From Fibrobacteria bacterium (GTDB lineage Bacteria > Fibrobacterota > Fibrobacteria > UBA11236), in contig JAYTSD010000004.1 in NCBI GenBank assembly GCA_043745805.1, positions 213,150 through 277,149 of the forward strand: a DNA stretch of 64,000 bases, written 5' to 3'. Position 1 is the stretch's first letter; each line of letters starts with the position of its first letter. The notes under the pieces were generated by a model. The model was not told where the DNA came from, did not search any database, and was given only the letters and a program-made list of their open reading frames with translations. This document shows, one piece after another, positions 30,998 to 41,720 of the stretch. The position numbers were made by a program, and so were the translations under genes.

Positions 30998-33346
30998 CTA
31001 AAACTTAAGCCCTATCACATCCACGCGGAAAATCGTAGTCTTCCCCAAATCATTGGTAGTAAGCGTTATATTTGCATGACCAGGCTTTGTGCCAACCAAA
31101 CGTTCACCCAACACTTTCACCGAAGTACTATCATCACTAATAAGCGTAAAATGTTTATTAAATGCACTTGTAGGATTCCACGTTAAATTCGGCGCTACTG
31201 GCACTGTATCATTTACTAAAATTTTCATATCCGGCGCGGAAACAGATTGTACATGCACTCGAACGCGCGCTTTAAAAGCGTTTTGCGCACCACCACCATC
31301 CAGCGCTTGAATTACAAAGTATGCGGAATCTTCCTTGAGCCCCGTCAAAGTAAGTCCATTTTCCCCTACCTTAACTATGCTTGAATCATATGAAACTAGG
31401 CGATACGATTTATTCGTTGCGTCTGTCGGCAAGGCTATAACCGTAGGTTTTCCTGTTTCACCTAAATACACATTGAAAGCATTTGAAAGGGTAAAAGACG
31501 TAACTTTCACAATTGGCTTTACCGTAACGGTAAACTTTTTGTAGGTTTTGCTTCCATCCATAGCAGTCGCTTGTATAGTGGCGGTTCCCACGGATTTAGG
31601 CCTTATCTTTTGATTTGTTCCGCCCACCCCCGATATTATCTCCACAAAATTGGTATCCGCGGTTTCCAGTAAAATACCATTATTGGTTGCTGTTTTCGGA
31701 CTTACCGTGATCAATGGTAAAGTATCCGAACCCCCTTCAGTTAAAATTAAATTTGCCACAGCAATACCTTTGACATGTGCCAAAACGGTAAGGGTGCATT
31801 TCGCTCTAATGTTATTGTCTACCAACGAATAAGCCCATACTTCGCCCACACCCACCGAATCCGGTTGAGGTCTCAACGTTTTATCATTGATATAAACCGC
31901 AGAAAGATTTGAAGATAAGCCATAAGCCTGAGGGGCGCCGATCGGCTTTACCGTTACATTAGGTGTCCAAGTTACCCCAGTGTCGCTATAAAGAGTATCG
32001 GTTGAAACTATCACAATGGAAGTGGGACTGATGGTTGCTGTTTTAACAGTTATCACCATGAAAGCATATTTAGACGTATCAGAAATAGCCGTTACCTTTA
32101 TAGTATCGACTCCTGCAGCGATAGCAATAACTTTTTTACGATCGGCCGACAGCGTCACTGCTCTTTTGGTTTTAGTACCTACGGTATCCAAGAAATATTC
32201 AGAGCTCGTTAAACTTACAGGATTCCATTGAATTGTTGGAATCGAACTATCTCCTACAATTAAAGATAATGGATTCACGGTTATGCCGAGTAATGTTGGG
32301 GAAACACGTACGTTAAAAGTACTTTTAATCGAAGGCCTATCCGTAGATTGCACGGTAACCGTAGCATTACCCTCTGCCAAACCTTTAACGCTTTGCTTAT
32401 CAGCTGTAATACTTACGATTTGCTGACCCGTTGCATTGGCTATCGACAAAGTATAGTTCTTATCAATAGCCCCACTGGGCAGCCACAGAAGAGTGGGTTT
32501 CAAAATTTCATTGACTTTAATATTCAATTCTGAAGGAATCACTGAGGTCACATGTATGGATGTATCCTTTTTGGAAACCGTTACTTCAAAGATACCTTTG
32601 CGCGCATTATTGACCCAAATCTCTACCGAGTCTTTCCCAACCGATAACGGATTCAAACCCATTTGATCCGCACTTTTTTTCACAATCGTGGTAGATTTAG
32701 GTTTAAGAATATAATCACGTTCCGTGGTATTATCGGGGATAAAGGTAAGTGATGGCATAAAAGCCGTAGAATCTTCCAAATAAATCGCGGCATTAGGAGC
32801 TTGAATAGTGTCGAGAGGGATAGTCGCTGCGCTCACATAAACCATAAAGCTATCCAAAGTATTATGCGTCAAGAAATATATCATGGATTCCCCTACCGCA
32901 TTGGCTTCCACTTGGGAGGTAATTTTATTGATTTTTACTGCGGGCGAAAATGACAATAATAAAGAATAGCTTTTGTCCGAAACTGAATCTGGATAAAAAT
33001 GAAGATTAGGTGCTTGCACCTCTCCTACTACTAAATACAAGTCGTCAGCATGAACAGAATCTAAAGGCACGGTAAGATTATTGCTTTGAGATTTTTTGAT
33101 AGCCAAAGCCGAGTCTAAACATTTTTGGGGAGTAAGTTTACAATTGGGAAAATATTTAGCTACGCTGTCCGCTACACCATCATGATTTTTATCTTCGGTA
33201 AAAGTAGTATCCTTGCTACTCAAATAAGGATTTGTAGTATAGTCGCGATTACAAGACATTAACCATGTACCCAATAAGCCAACTAATAAAAAAGCACAAG
33301 CACCAATCAAGCACTGCTTAAAAAATACCAAGGATTTTATTCTCAT
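30998..33346 (-). CDS. Lipoprotein with tandem Ig-like (Big_2-type) repeats
   Basis: Lipobox WLMSC; repeated units of about 85 aa (P.xATNK.Y...G.A.ITV...D). Confidence 0.75.
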   Translation of the reverse strand: MRIKSLVFFKQCLIGACAFLLVGLLGTWLMSCNRDYTTNPYLSSKDTTFTEDKNHDGVADSVAKYFPNCKLTPQKCLDSALAIKKSQSNNLTVPLDSVHADDLYLVVGEVQAPNLHFYPDSVSDKSYSLLLSFSPAVKINKITSQVEANAVGESMIYFLTHNTLDSFMVYVSAATIPLDTIQAPNAAIYLEDSTAFMPSLTFIPDNTTERDYILKPKSTTIVKKSADQMGLNPLSVGKDSVEIWVNNARKGIFEVTVSKKDTSIHVTSVIPSELNIKVNEILKPTLLWLPSGAIDKNYTLSIANATGQQIVSITADKQSVKGLAEGNATVTVQSTDRPSIKSTFNVRVSPTLLGITVNPLSLIVGDSSIPTIQWNPVSLTSSEYFLDTVGTKTKRAVTLSADRKKVIAIAAGVDTIKVTAISDTSKYAFMVITVKTATISPTSIVIVSTDTLYSDTGVTWTPNVTVKPIGAPQAYGLSSNLSAVYINDKTLRPQPDSVGVGEVWAYSLVDNNIRAKCTLTVLAHVKGIAVANLILTEGGSDTLPLITVSPKTATNNGILLETADTNFVEIISGVGGTNQKIRPKSVGTATIQATAMDGSKTYKKFTVTVKPIVKVTSFTLSNAFNVYLGETGKPTVIALPTDATNKSYRLVSYDSSIVKVGENGLTLTGLKEDSAYFVIQALDGGGAQNAFKARVRVHVQSVSAPDMKILVNDTVPVAPNLTWNPTSAFNKHFTLISDDSTSVKVLGERLVGTKPGHANITLTTNDLGKTTIFRVDVIGLKF

Positions 33347-33355
33347 AAAGCCTTT

Positions 33356-34696
33356 CTAAAAAACCCAGAGTACCGCTGAAAAAGTAAAAGCTACACCACT
33401 TAATAAACCCCATCCATTCGCTTTTTTGTCAAAAGCTTGGGATTTCTTTTTATGATCCAGCGCTGATTCTGCAGATTGAGCATTTTGATATGATTTGTAT
33501 TCATCATTTGCATTTTGATTTGCTTGATAGCATAAAAGCCCGCTTGTTACGCCTAAAGCTATTCCAGCCGCATAAGTCCATTTACTATGTCCTTTAGTAG
33601 CCGGAGGCGCAGCATAGGTGTTTTCTCCAGATGAAGCAAATAAGGTGGCAAAAAATTTATTTTCGAATTGCAAGAGATCCCTAAAATCGGAGCTTTCCTT
33701 AGCCGGCCATTCGCGCACTTTTTGTTTGTTCTTAATATCAAACATGGCCAATTGTAAGCGATAATTTTCACCCTTGCGCGTGAGTCGGGAATAAGCCAAA
33801 TGCGCAATATCCATTTTCTGACCCAAATCAAATAAGGCGCTATCTGCTAATAAAAAATCTCGTTTGCGAATATTTAATGCTAGTAGTAGCTCTTCTAATT
33901 CTTTTTGGCCCATTAAATCATAATTGCGAGAAGCGAAAAGTTGAGTAGTAATTCTATCGGTAATGGCCCGTGAATAAGGTGTGGACTGACTTAAATCAAT
34001 TACACTCATCAAGCCATGTTTTTCAACCTTACCAATTTTGAATTGACTTTTATCCAATTCAGAAAGTATTTGGCTGAGTTGTGATTTAACCGCAGCAACT
34101 GAATCATCTCCCTTTTTACTACGCATATCCCCTATGCGTGACCAGACAACTTGAGAGGACGGTACATGGATCAAATTCAGTGTGTATGTGTAAAGCTGAT
34201 CAAGGCGCGTTAAGGAACTGAAAAGGACAAATTCAGCAGGAAGCATATTACCTGTATCAAAAGCACATTGAAATTCATGACAAGGTTTTTGCGCATCTAA
34301 TTTATATTCTAAAAGTCTTTTTTGTACGGTATCACGAGAGATAACTATCCATTTTTTACGCAGAGTTAATTCATCGCGTATAAAGTCACCCCATTCACGC
34401 TTCACTTTGAAATCCCCAATATCCACTGGATCGAGAACGATTAAACTGGTTAATGAATCGGATCCTGATCCTATTTTTTTTTGCGCAGTCAGACTATTTT
34501 GCGCAGCTTGTCCATAGATTACTTTTACCAATCCCATTGGAAAAAGAGTGATGGCAAAGAAAATGAATGTCATATTGATGAGTTTAATGGTATTTCCTAT
34601 TCTATACCTATAGTGAAGTCTGAAAAGTATCAAAAAAAACGGGGCTAAACCTGCCAAAAAGCATATAAACAATGGGAGAATTGGTCCCAGATCCAA
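33356..34696 (-). CDS. Hypothetical envelope protein (two CsgG/TolB-N-like alpha/beta domains, C-terminal membrane helices)
   Basis: C..CA...G..L.A pattern, duplicated domain, hydrophobic C-terminus. True start may be ATG 34573. Confidence 0.6.
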   Translation of the reverse strand: MDLGPILPLFICFLAGLAPFFLILFRLHYRYRIGNTIKLINMTFIFFAITLFPMGLVKVIYGQAAQNSLTAQKKIGSGSDSLTSLIVLDPVDIGDFKVKREWGDFIRDELTLRKKWIVISRDTVQKRLLEYKLDAQKPCHEFQCAFDTGNMLPAEFVLFSSLTRLDQLYTYTLNLIHVPSSQVVWSRIGDMRSKKGDDSVAAVKSQLSQILSELDKSQFKIGKVEKHGLMSVIDLSQSTPYSRAITDRITTQLFASRNYDLMGQKELEELLLALNIRKRDFLLADSALFDLGQKMDIAHLAYSRLTRKGENYRLQLAMFDIKNKQKVREWPAKESSDFRDLLQFENKFFATLFASSGENTYAAPPATKGHSKWTYAAGIALGVTSGLLCYQANQNANDEYKSYQNAQSAESALDHKKKSQAFDKKANGWGLLSGVAFTFSAVLWVF

Positions 34697-34845
34697 AAGG
34701 ATCTCAAAAACTGAGAGCAGATTATTTCCATTCTCCAGAGAATACCCGTCTCACCAAGTACTTTTTACCCTTGTTAAAGGGTTGGTCCACCGATATGATC
34801 ATATGATATCAAACACGGGCAGAACTTTATTAAAAAACCTTCAGG

Positions 34846-36570
34846 ATGGTAGTGATGCGATGGAGTAAGGTACTCACCTTTATCGCGATAATTACTGGAT
34901 TTGGCTTTGGTCAAAAATTATGTGATCTAGAGTTTCTAAATTGCCCCAAAGACTTTCAGCAAAAAATCCTTAGTCTTTCCTCCGATATTGTCTCAATCGC
35001 TCCCAAAATTCCTTTTTGTATTGATCAAGTTGTGTCTCGAATTAATGTGCCCATGTCCTTGGTGATCATGATTGACAATTCTTCTAGCATGCATGCAGTG
35101 GATCTGCAAAACACTCGTTTTTCGGAAACCCGAAAACTGCTCGATAAGCTGCAACTTGTTTACCCTTCTTTAAAGGTAAGTCTTGTCGTTTTTACCCGTC
35201 GGCTGCTTTATGATGATCAATTAAATCCCTATAGCAAAGCTTTGTTTAAAGATGGAATACAACATGATGCGTATATCCCTCTCACCGCATTAGATACAAC
35301 TTTTGCCAATGGAAGAAGAGGAATAGATACTTTAAAATCTTTTTTACAAATCGATTCTCTCACCATGACTTTAATTAATGGCCTCAACAATAACAATAAA
35401 GCACAGCATCTCGACGCACGCAAAAATACCCAATTCCTTCCCGATAATATTATCAATGGCACCGATATTAATTTGGCTTTTGAAGCGGCAAAAGCATCCC
35501 TAGCCACTTCCAATGCCACCAAAGAACAACAGGTTTTGCTTTTACTCACGGATGACGGTGTACCCAAAGATATGGATACCGAAAGATCACCGCCCATTAT
35601 CGATATCTATGAATTTCGTAAAGGGAAAGCTACTCCTACAACATTCACTATTTCTTTCACTAATGATATTACTGAACGCAATCCGCCAACACCTATTCGT
35701 GAGATGACCTTAAACATTCAGAACAACAAATACTCCTTGGCTAATTTTCAAAGTAAAGCTTGGATTTGTAATAATTTAGCGGGGAAGCTGGAACAACTAT
35801 TCAGTCAAAGTATGCTTCCTAAATTCAATCCTTTAACCCCTAAATCCATGCGCTTGAATGGAATAAATACAACACAACTTAGTGGAGAGAGTTTTGATTT
35901 TGGCAAAGTCTTTCCATTGCCGGATGACAAAACCAATATTAACATACAAGTTACCTACACCTTTAGCAAACAAGGTATTTTACAAGAACTGATAGACACC
36001 ACTATTTTCACTTTAGAAAAAGGTTCCTCAAGTTCTTTACCTAAAGGCTTAAATAAGATTTGTCGTGATCCCACTTTAATGGGAATACTTTCATTCTCGC
36101 CACTCAATAGTATTGCAAAACCCAAAACACAAGCGTCGTCGGTTGTTAATGAACATTGGACACTCCTTAACCCCAATGTGCTGGAGATACAAACACTAGG
36201 AAAAGGAAAATGTTGCAATACCCGAACACAACCATTTACTGCTGAGGATTCCCTCGAATATGTTGGCCTTAATCTGGAGATGTCGAGAGAATTTTCTTTA
36301 GAGATAAAGGTATATGATCATTTAGGATTATTTGTGGACAAAGTTCATTTAAAAGTTCCACGCAGCGAATTTTTAAAATTGCCTGTCGGCCATACTCTCG
36401 GGTCCAAAGCCTTTCGCCTATTATGGAATAACCGCGCGGAGAACGGTAACCTAGCAGGTACGGGAGTTTATATTTTCAAAGTGCAAATATATTTAGAGCC
36501 CTTAGCAGGAGCCGTTCCGGCTAGCTTGGATTTTGTTTATCGCTGGGGAGTGATACGTTCAAAAAATTAG
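34846..36570 (+). CDS. Secreted vWA-domain protein with C-terminal FlgD-like domain
   Basis: MIDAS DNSSSM, GTDINLAF, LLLTDD; C-terminal VYDHLGLFV...WNNRAENGNLAGTGVYI. Confidence 0.8.
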   Translation: MVVMRWSKVLTFIAIITGFGFGQKLCDLEFLNCPKDFQQKILSLSSDIVSIAPKIPFCIDQVVSRINVPMSLVIMIDNSSSMHAVDLQNTRFSETRKLLDKLQLVYPSLKVSLVVFTRRLLYDDQLNPYSKALFKDGIQHDAYIPLTALDTTFANGRRGIDTLKSFLQIDSLTMTLINGLNNNNKAQHLDARKNTQFLPDNIINGTDINLAFEAAKASLATSNATKEQQVLLLLTDDGVPKDMDTERSPPIIDIYEFRKGKATPTTFTISFTNDITERNPPTPIREMTLNIQNNKYSLANFQSKAWICNNLAGKLEQLFSQSMLPKFNPLTPKSMRLNGINTTQLSGESFDFGKVFPLPDDKTNINIQVTYTFSKQGILQELIDTTIFTLEKGSSSSLPKGLNKICRDPTLMGILSFSPLNSIAKPKTQASSVVNEHWTLLNPNVLEIQTLGKGKCCNTRTQPFTAEDSLEYVGLNLEMSREFSLEIKVYDHLGLFVDKVHLKVPRSEFLKLPVGHTLGSKAFRLLWNNRAENGNLAGTGVYIFKVQIYLEPLAGAVPASLDFVYRWGVIRSKN

Positions 36571-36575
36571 GCGTT

Positions 36576-36643
36576 AAAAAAATCGCCGCCACCTAGGGGG
36601 AACCAGATAGCGACGATTAGGATTCTCGTTGGGGGAACGAGAA
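36576..36643 (-). ncRNA. Candidate structured RNA 3' end: two hairpins with C-rich loops plus terminator
   Basis: Minus strand reads UUCUCGUU-CCCCC-AACGAGAA, then AAUCGUCGCUAUCU-gguucccccu-AGGUGGCGGCGAUU-U5. All three stem mismatches are G-U only on the minus strand. Confidence 0.4.
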
Positions 36644-36856
36644 ATTGAGATTATTTTCAGTTATCGATATATTGCATTGTGCTTGCATAGCCATATTTTC
36701 TTTTTCGACCTTCTAATTACCCCTAAATCTGCTCTTAATTTAAATCATAACTCCTAATATAAATCACAAATAGCTCTCTTTTTGTAATAAATAGCTCATA
36801 AATTGCTCTCATGTTTTTTATGGGTTTAGGTTATATTATAGAGCAAAGAGGCAAAT

Positions 36857-37717
36857 GTGGAATCGCAGTCAAACTTAAATATTTTTGAATTTTTTGAGTA
36901 TCGCTCTTATTTAAACGAATATTACCGTTATAAAAAATCATTGAATCGACATTTTTCCCATCGACAATTTGCACTCAAGGCGGGAATTAAATCCAGCGGC
37001 TATTTTAGTGAAGTACTCAATGGACAAAGAAAACTTTCTAAAGCACAGATTCCCAAATTTGCCCAGGCCTTGAATTTAACTGAAAAGGAAAAAACTTTCT
37101 TTGAGCTAATGGTCGATTTTTGTCATGCTAAATCTCCTTTGGCGAAGCAAAAAATTTATAGCCTTATGTTAAAAATATTGCCTTTACAAGTTCAACAAGT
37201 AAGGCTATCGCAACAAGAGTATTTTTCCAAATGGTATTATGTTGCGATACGCGAATCGCTGTCTATTGCTAAGATAAAAGGCGATGGCGAAGAATTAGCC
37301 GCCTTACTCGACCCACCCATTACCGTGGTGCAAGCACGCAATGCCATCAAATTATTAGAACGTTTAAAACTTATTGTACGTGACAAAAATGGTTACTGGC
37401 AAGTTAATCATAGCTCCTTATTGTCTTCCGATGATCCTGCCGCAGCCATGCAATTGCGTGCTTTTCAGGCAGAAATGATGTTGCGAGCCCAAGAGGCATT
37501 AGAGCGCGTTCCCCAGCCCCTGCGCGATATTTCCTGTGTAACGATGAGCGTATCGGATGAAGGCTGGCAAAGAATAAAAACATTATCGTCAGAGTTTCAC
37601 AAACAAATTTTGCAAGTGGTACAATCGGATAAACATGAAGATCGCATTATTCAACTTAACTTGCAATTATTCCCCTTAACACGCATCGAGGACAAAAATG
37701 CAAATGATAAAATTTAA
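36857..37717 (+). CDS. TIGR02147 family protein
   Basis: IFEFFEYRSYL...FSHRQFA, WYYVAIRE, RDISCVT, QLNLQLFPLT. Confidence 0.9.
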   Translation: MESQSNLNIFEFFEYRSYLNEYYRYKKSLNRHFSHRQFALKAGIKSSGYFSEVLNGQRKLSKAQIPKFAQALNLTEKEKTFFELMVDFCHAKSPLAKQKIYSLMLKILPLQVQQVRLSQQEYFSKWYYVAIRESLSIAKIKGDGEELAALLDPPITVVQARNAIKLLERLKLIVRDKNGYWQVNHSSLLSSDDPAAAMQLRAFQAEMMLRAQEALERVPQPLRDISCVTMSVSDEGWQRIKTLSSEFHKQILQVVQSDKHEDRIIQLNLQLFPLTRIEDKNANDKI

Positions 37718-38405
37718 TTTTCGACTCTTTTTACTGTGTTTACTTGTAAGTTTTTTGCTTATTAATTGTATCACAGACAATCGAACGGCAGGAACATCCA
37801 CCACGGTAACCAATCCTCCTACCGTAACCGGAATGGTTATTTTAGCGGAAGGTAAACCCGCAGCCCATGCAGAAATTGCTCTACGCACTAGGCAGGTGAT
37901 ATTTTCGGATCAAGGCATTCCCGCTTCCAAACTCATCGCATCCACTATTACCGATGATTCGGGAAAGTTTACGTTTCCGTCTATAGCCGATCATGATATT
38001 TATATGGAAATCAAACAAAACCCTACGGCCCTACCTATTGCGAGCAAAGACTCCCTACAAGTTTTTCTTCGCGGCTGGATTGATGGCTTACCCCTTAAAG
38101 GACAACTGGGAACATTTCGCTTAGCCAATCCCGGAACCATGGCGGGACAATTCCTGCCCGATTCTTTATTTTCCGACTCTGCACGTTGGGTAGGTATAAG
38201 AGGAACCGCAAACTTCGCCGCAATGAAAAATAATCGCTTTAAGCTTAGAGGCATTTGCCCAGGTATTCCAAATATCACCTTGGTAAAGCCACGCGATCCC
38301 ACAGATACGTCACATATAGCGCGCATCACAGGTTATGTCGTAACCGATTCCGTGCAAGCCGGTAAAGATATTGATTTTGGGACGGTAACTATAATTGGGG
38401 ATTGA
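37698..38405 (+). CDS. Putative lipoprotein with carboxypeptidase-regulatory-like domain
   Basis: LLINC lipobox-like, AGTSTTVTN linker, TDDSGKFTF; overlaps the TIGR02147 stop. Confidence 0.7.
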   Translation: MQMIKFNFRLFLLCLLVSFLLINCITDNRTAGTSTTVTNPPTVTGMVILAEGKPAAHAEIALRTRQVIFSDQGIPASKLIASTITDDSGKFTFPSIADHDIYMEIKQNPTALPIASKDSLQVFLRGWIDGLPLKGQLGTFRLANPGTMAGQFLPDSLFSDSARWVGIRGTANFAAMKNNRFKLRGICPGIPNITLVKPRDPTDTSHIARITGYVVTDSVQAGKDIDFGTVTIIGD

Positions 38406-38469
38406 GTAACTTTGAGGTTACTCATTTTTATAACTTTATTTCCGAATCAAAAGTGAAAAGATAAAACGA

Positions 38470-41400
38470 CTAATGCTTATTCCGATTAAAAATCTTGCTT
38501 GCCACATGATCAAGCACTTCCGCATGCTTAACTAAAGGATCGCCGTTTTCCAAAGCCTGCTTCGCTTCCACAGCCACTTGGGCGAGAGTCTTAGCGGGTA
38601 ATGCAGGTACCGTTCCAGGATTCGCCATTAATAAAGGCATTAAACTCGGCCTTAGGGTTTTAAGAATTTGCACGGGCAATGAACTCGTGAAACCAAAATC
38701 TTTTGCGGCTTCCCCATGGACATGCGCTGTAACCGTACCGAAAAAGCGATCGCCTAAAAAGAAAACAAATGTGGCTGTGCGATTGACCACACGCGACTCT
38801 AAAAGCTTTCCTCCTGGAGCAAAGGTATCAAAGCGTTGATCACCTGTTCCCGTTTTACCACCCAAAGGAATGTATTTTCCATCCGCAAGCGGAAAGGCTT
38901 TATAACCGCGCACCGCGGTACCTTTTTCCACAATGTCCAATAAACAACCTTTTATGGCTTGCGTTAAAGCCAAGGGTAATAAACGAATACCGCTGCTATC
39001 ACTAGAGGAAAATACCGTCTCATACGGGGTACCCTCACCAAAATGTAATTTTCGCATCGCCGTGGAGGGATAATGCATCCCTTCATTTTGAATGAGTCCT
39101 ACCAACTCCGCCAAAGCCATTGGCCTATCCGCAGAGCTCCCAATAGATGTCGCATACGATGGCACTAACGATCCAAATGGGTAACCTAAACGTTGCCAGG
39201 CTTTGTGAATTTCTAAGAAAGCTTCCATTTCCAAAATACTGGAAATGCGAAAATCTTGTGCATGTTTACTATGCGATTGAAATAACCAGCGATAAACACC
39301 TTGTACCTCGGTTTTGCTCGCATCCTTTATTTGATTCCATCCAGCACTCGGATATTGTTTTAAATAACTAATAAGCCATAAATCCAAAGGATGCACACCG
39401 GCCACATATCCTCTATCCGCCAAAGAGAGGCTATCCTTAAAAAATTGATCGAAAAGTGGTTCCATTACTTTTTGGGGATAAAGAGAGTCGCTCATTTGTT
39501 CGCGAATAAAAGCAAAAAATTGATTTTTATTGGCATCGGGATGAATACTCAAATAGGCAGTAGTTAAGCGACGTGGACTAGTATGCACACCTTGAAAAAA
39601 TTCATCTTCCATTTCTGCAAAAACATGTCCGCGATACTTTTTAAAAAATCGACTTAAAAAAACTTGTCCTTCTTGTTCTGCAAACTTACCCAAATATTTT
39701 TGTCGCTCCGGTGAAGCAATCGTATCTTGTATGAGGCCTGCCGCTCCCGGAATTTGCGCACGATAATAAGAAACAATGTCGCGCATCAATCGTACAAAAA
39801 CCAAATTTATTGAATGGCGAAAACCTAAACGTAAAGTAATAGCCTGATGATCATAATCCGTTTCGAAGTTTACAAAAGTGTGTGCGCCGCCTCCGGTGAA
39901 AAATGTCTCCGCGGGACTCGCTGAATATTTTCTATCCAAAGCCACCGCTAACAAAGTATCTAAGGTGGAGTCATTACCCGCTTTAAAATAATCCAAAGTC
40001 CAAGAAGTAATAGGATCATTACCAATAATTTTAATACTATCGAGAGCCTCGCGCGTTTTACCCTTAAAGCGTTGATGTAAACTGCAAACAATTTCCAAAT
40101 AATTCACCAAGGTACGTAACTTGGCTGTAGATCCTAAATCTAATTTTACCCCTTCATTAATATTAAAAGGTTGCTCATAATTATCTGCTTGTACACGCAA
40201 TAAATTGCGGCCTGGAACATGTTCATACAAAGTGAAGCTATAAATCACTTTCGCAGGATCCCCTTTATCTAAAAGGCGAAATGCATTCAATCCCGAAGAA
40301 TCCACAAAAGCTTTGGTGCCTAGGCGTTTTAATAATTGCACCACCGAACTTTGAGTTTGCCCATCTAAAGTAGTTTGTACATGTAAATCGAGTCGATCCA
40401 AATCATAGAGTCGCGGCAGTCCGAGTAGGGTGGTTAAATGAGCGCGAATAGCATTCACGGCTTTACGTTCGGCAAAGCCAGTGGGTGGAAAAGGAGCGGC
40501 GCGCTTCATCAATACAGGGTCCGCGAGTAAAGCGGCATCCCGCAATTGCGGAGTAATATTGTATCCTTGGCCCACCAACCCCACATAGCTTTGGCTAATT
40601 GATTTTAAAGCCAAACGATTTTGTAGTAGATAAGAAGTAGGGCGACGATGCGCGATAAATAAATTCAAAACTTTTCGATAAGCTAAACCTGTTTTAGCCA
40701 TATCCACGCCACTATCAATCCCTTCGGGCGAAAGACGCAAGGCCACAGGTTGGCGCAACAATCTGTTCAAGGTATCAATAGGAGTACCGTACCATGCTAG
40801 TAACCCATCGCCCAAACCATTTACTTCGCCGTAACCTGGAAGTGCCGCCAAAGGAACAGTATTAATATATTCCAAAGCAATACGCCTACGCGCATCCAAC
40901 GTATTTTCACCTTGTTGATACGCTCTTAAACTGGCCGATACCATTTGTTGCAGCTTTTCCGTTGCGCCCACGGTACGTCCTTCATCGGAATGCTTATACT
41001 TTTCTAATTGTGTGGCTAAAGTACTGCCGCCAGGTACATCCTCTCCTATTCCCAAACGCTTGCGAATAAATTCCGTACCTGCTTTTACAAAGCGTATCCA
41101 TTCAAGCGCGGGATTACGATAAGGATGTAAACTATCCAACAAACTTTTATTTTCAATAAACAATAAGGTTTGCGTCACTTCGCTCGGAATGGAAGCAAAG
41201 TCGGGATAAATTTTCATGGGATAATTGGAGTTATAAAGCAATTCACCAGATCGATCGAGTAAACGTAAGCCCGCTTGCGTTTTTTCGATATAAGTCGGAT
41301 TAATCCCTTTTTGCGCTAAATCAAACATCGTTGCTGAAAAACGACTTTGGCTTTCGATAGTATACCCTTTCGCCAATAAATGTTCCGTGAAAGTCGGGAG

Positions 41401-41658
41401 CATAATATACCCGCGTCTTTCATCCGAGGGCCCTTTTTGAGGAAATACAATACTAGGACTAGGTCCGGTTTCTACTGAGTAAAAAATCTTCTCGGTATAT
41501 TTTTTTACGTAATGAGCTTGCAGCCGAGAGGATTGCAGCTCAAAGCCTATTAATGCGCCTATTATTAGACATAGGATAAAAAACAGCCAACAGCTGTATT
41601 TAAAAAAAGTTCTCAATTTTGTTGTGCTCTTCAAGTTTTTCCTATTTGGCATCCTCAT
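38470..41658 (-). CDS. Large class A penicillin-binding protein (GT51 transglycosylase plus transpeptidase)
   Basis: N-terminal TM, LLFIEN, GGSTLATQL, then SxxK (STAK), SxN (SIN) and KTG motifs. Confidence 0.88.
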   Translation of the reverse strand: MRMPNRKNLKSTTKLRTFFKYSCWLFFILCLIIGALIGFELQSSRLQAHYVKKYTEKIFYSVETGPSPSIVFPQKGPSDERRGYIMLPTFTEHLLAKGYTIESQSRFSATMFDLAQKGINPTYIEKTQAGLRLLDRSGELLYNSNYPMKIYPDFASIPSEVTQTLLFIENKSLLDSLHPYRNPALEWIRFVKAGTEFIRKRLGIGEDVPGGSTLATQLEKYKHSDEGRTVGATEKLQQMVSASLRAYQQGENTLDARRRIALEYINTVPLAALPGYGEVNGLGDGLLAWYGTPIDTLNRLLRQPVALRLSPEGIDSGVDMAKTGLAYRKVLNLFIAHRRPTSYLLQNRLALKSISQSYVGLVGQGYNITPQLRDAALLADPVLMKRAAPFPPTGFAERKAVNAIRAHLTTLLGLPRLYDLDRLDLHVQTTLDGQTQSSVVQLLKRLGTKAFVDSSGLNAFRLLDKGDPAKVIYSFTLYEHVPGRNLLRVQADNYEQPFNINEGVKLDLGSTAKLRTLVNYLEIVCSLHQRFKGKTREALDSIKIIGNDPITSWTLDYFKAGNDSTLDTLLAVALDRKYSASPAETFFTGGGAHTFVNFETDYDHQAITLRLGFRHSINLVFVRLMRDIVSYYRAQIPGAAGLIQDTIASPERQKYLGKFAEQEGQVFLSRFFKKYRGHVFAEMEDEFFQGVHTSPRRLTTAYLSIHPDANKNQFFAFIREQMSDSLYPQKVMEPLFDQFFKDSLSLADRGYVAGVHPLDLWLISYLKQYPSAGWNQIKDASKTEVQGVYRWLFQSHSKHAQDFRISSILEMEAFLEIHKAWQRLGYPFGSLVPSYATSIGSSADRPMALAELVGLIQNEGMHYPSTAMRKLHFGEGTPYETVFSSSDSSGIRLLPLALTQAIKGCLLDIVEKGTAVRGYKAFPLADGKYIPLGGKTGTGDQRFDTFAPGGKLLESRVVNRTATFVFFLGDRFFGTVTAHVHGEAAKDFGFTSSLPVQILKTLRPSLMPLLMANPGTVPALPAKTLAQVAVEAKQALENGDPLVKHAEVLDHVASKIFNRNKH

Positions 41659-41720
41659 TTGGATGGCTATATTGTAGCATGATTCGGTTTGCTTTTTTCA
41701 CTTATCGATTTAGAAAAATT

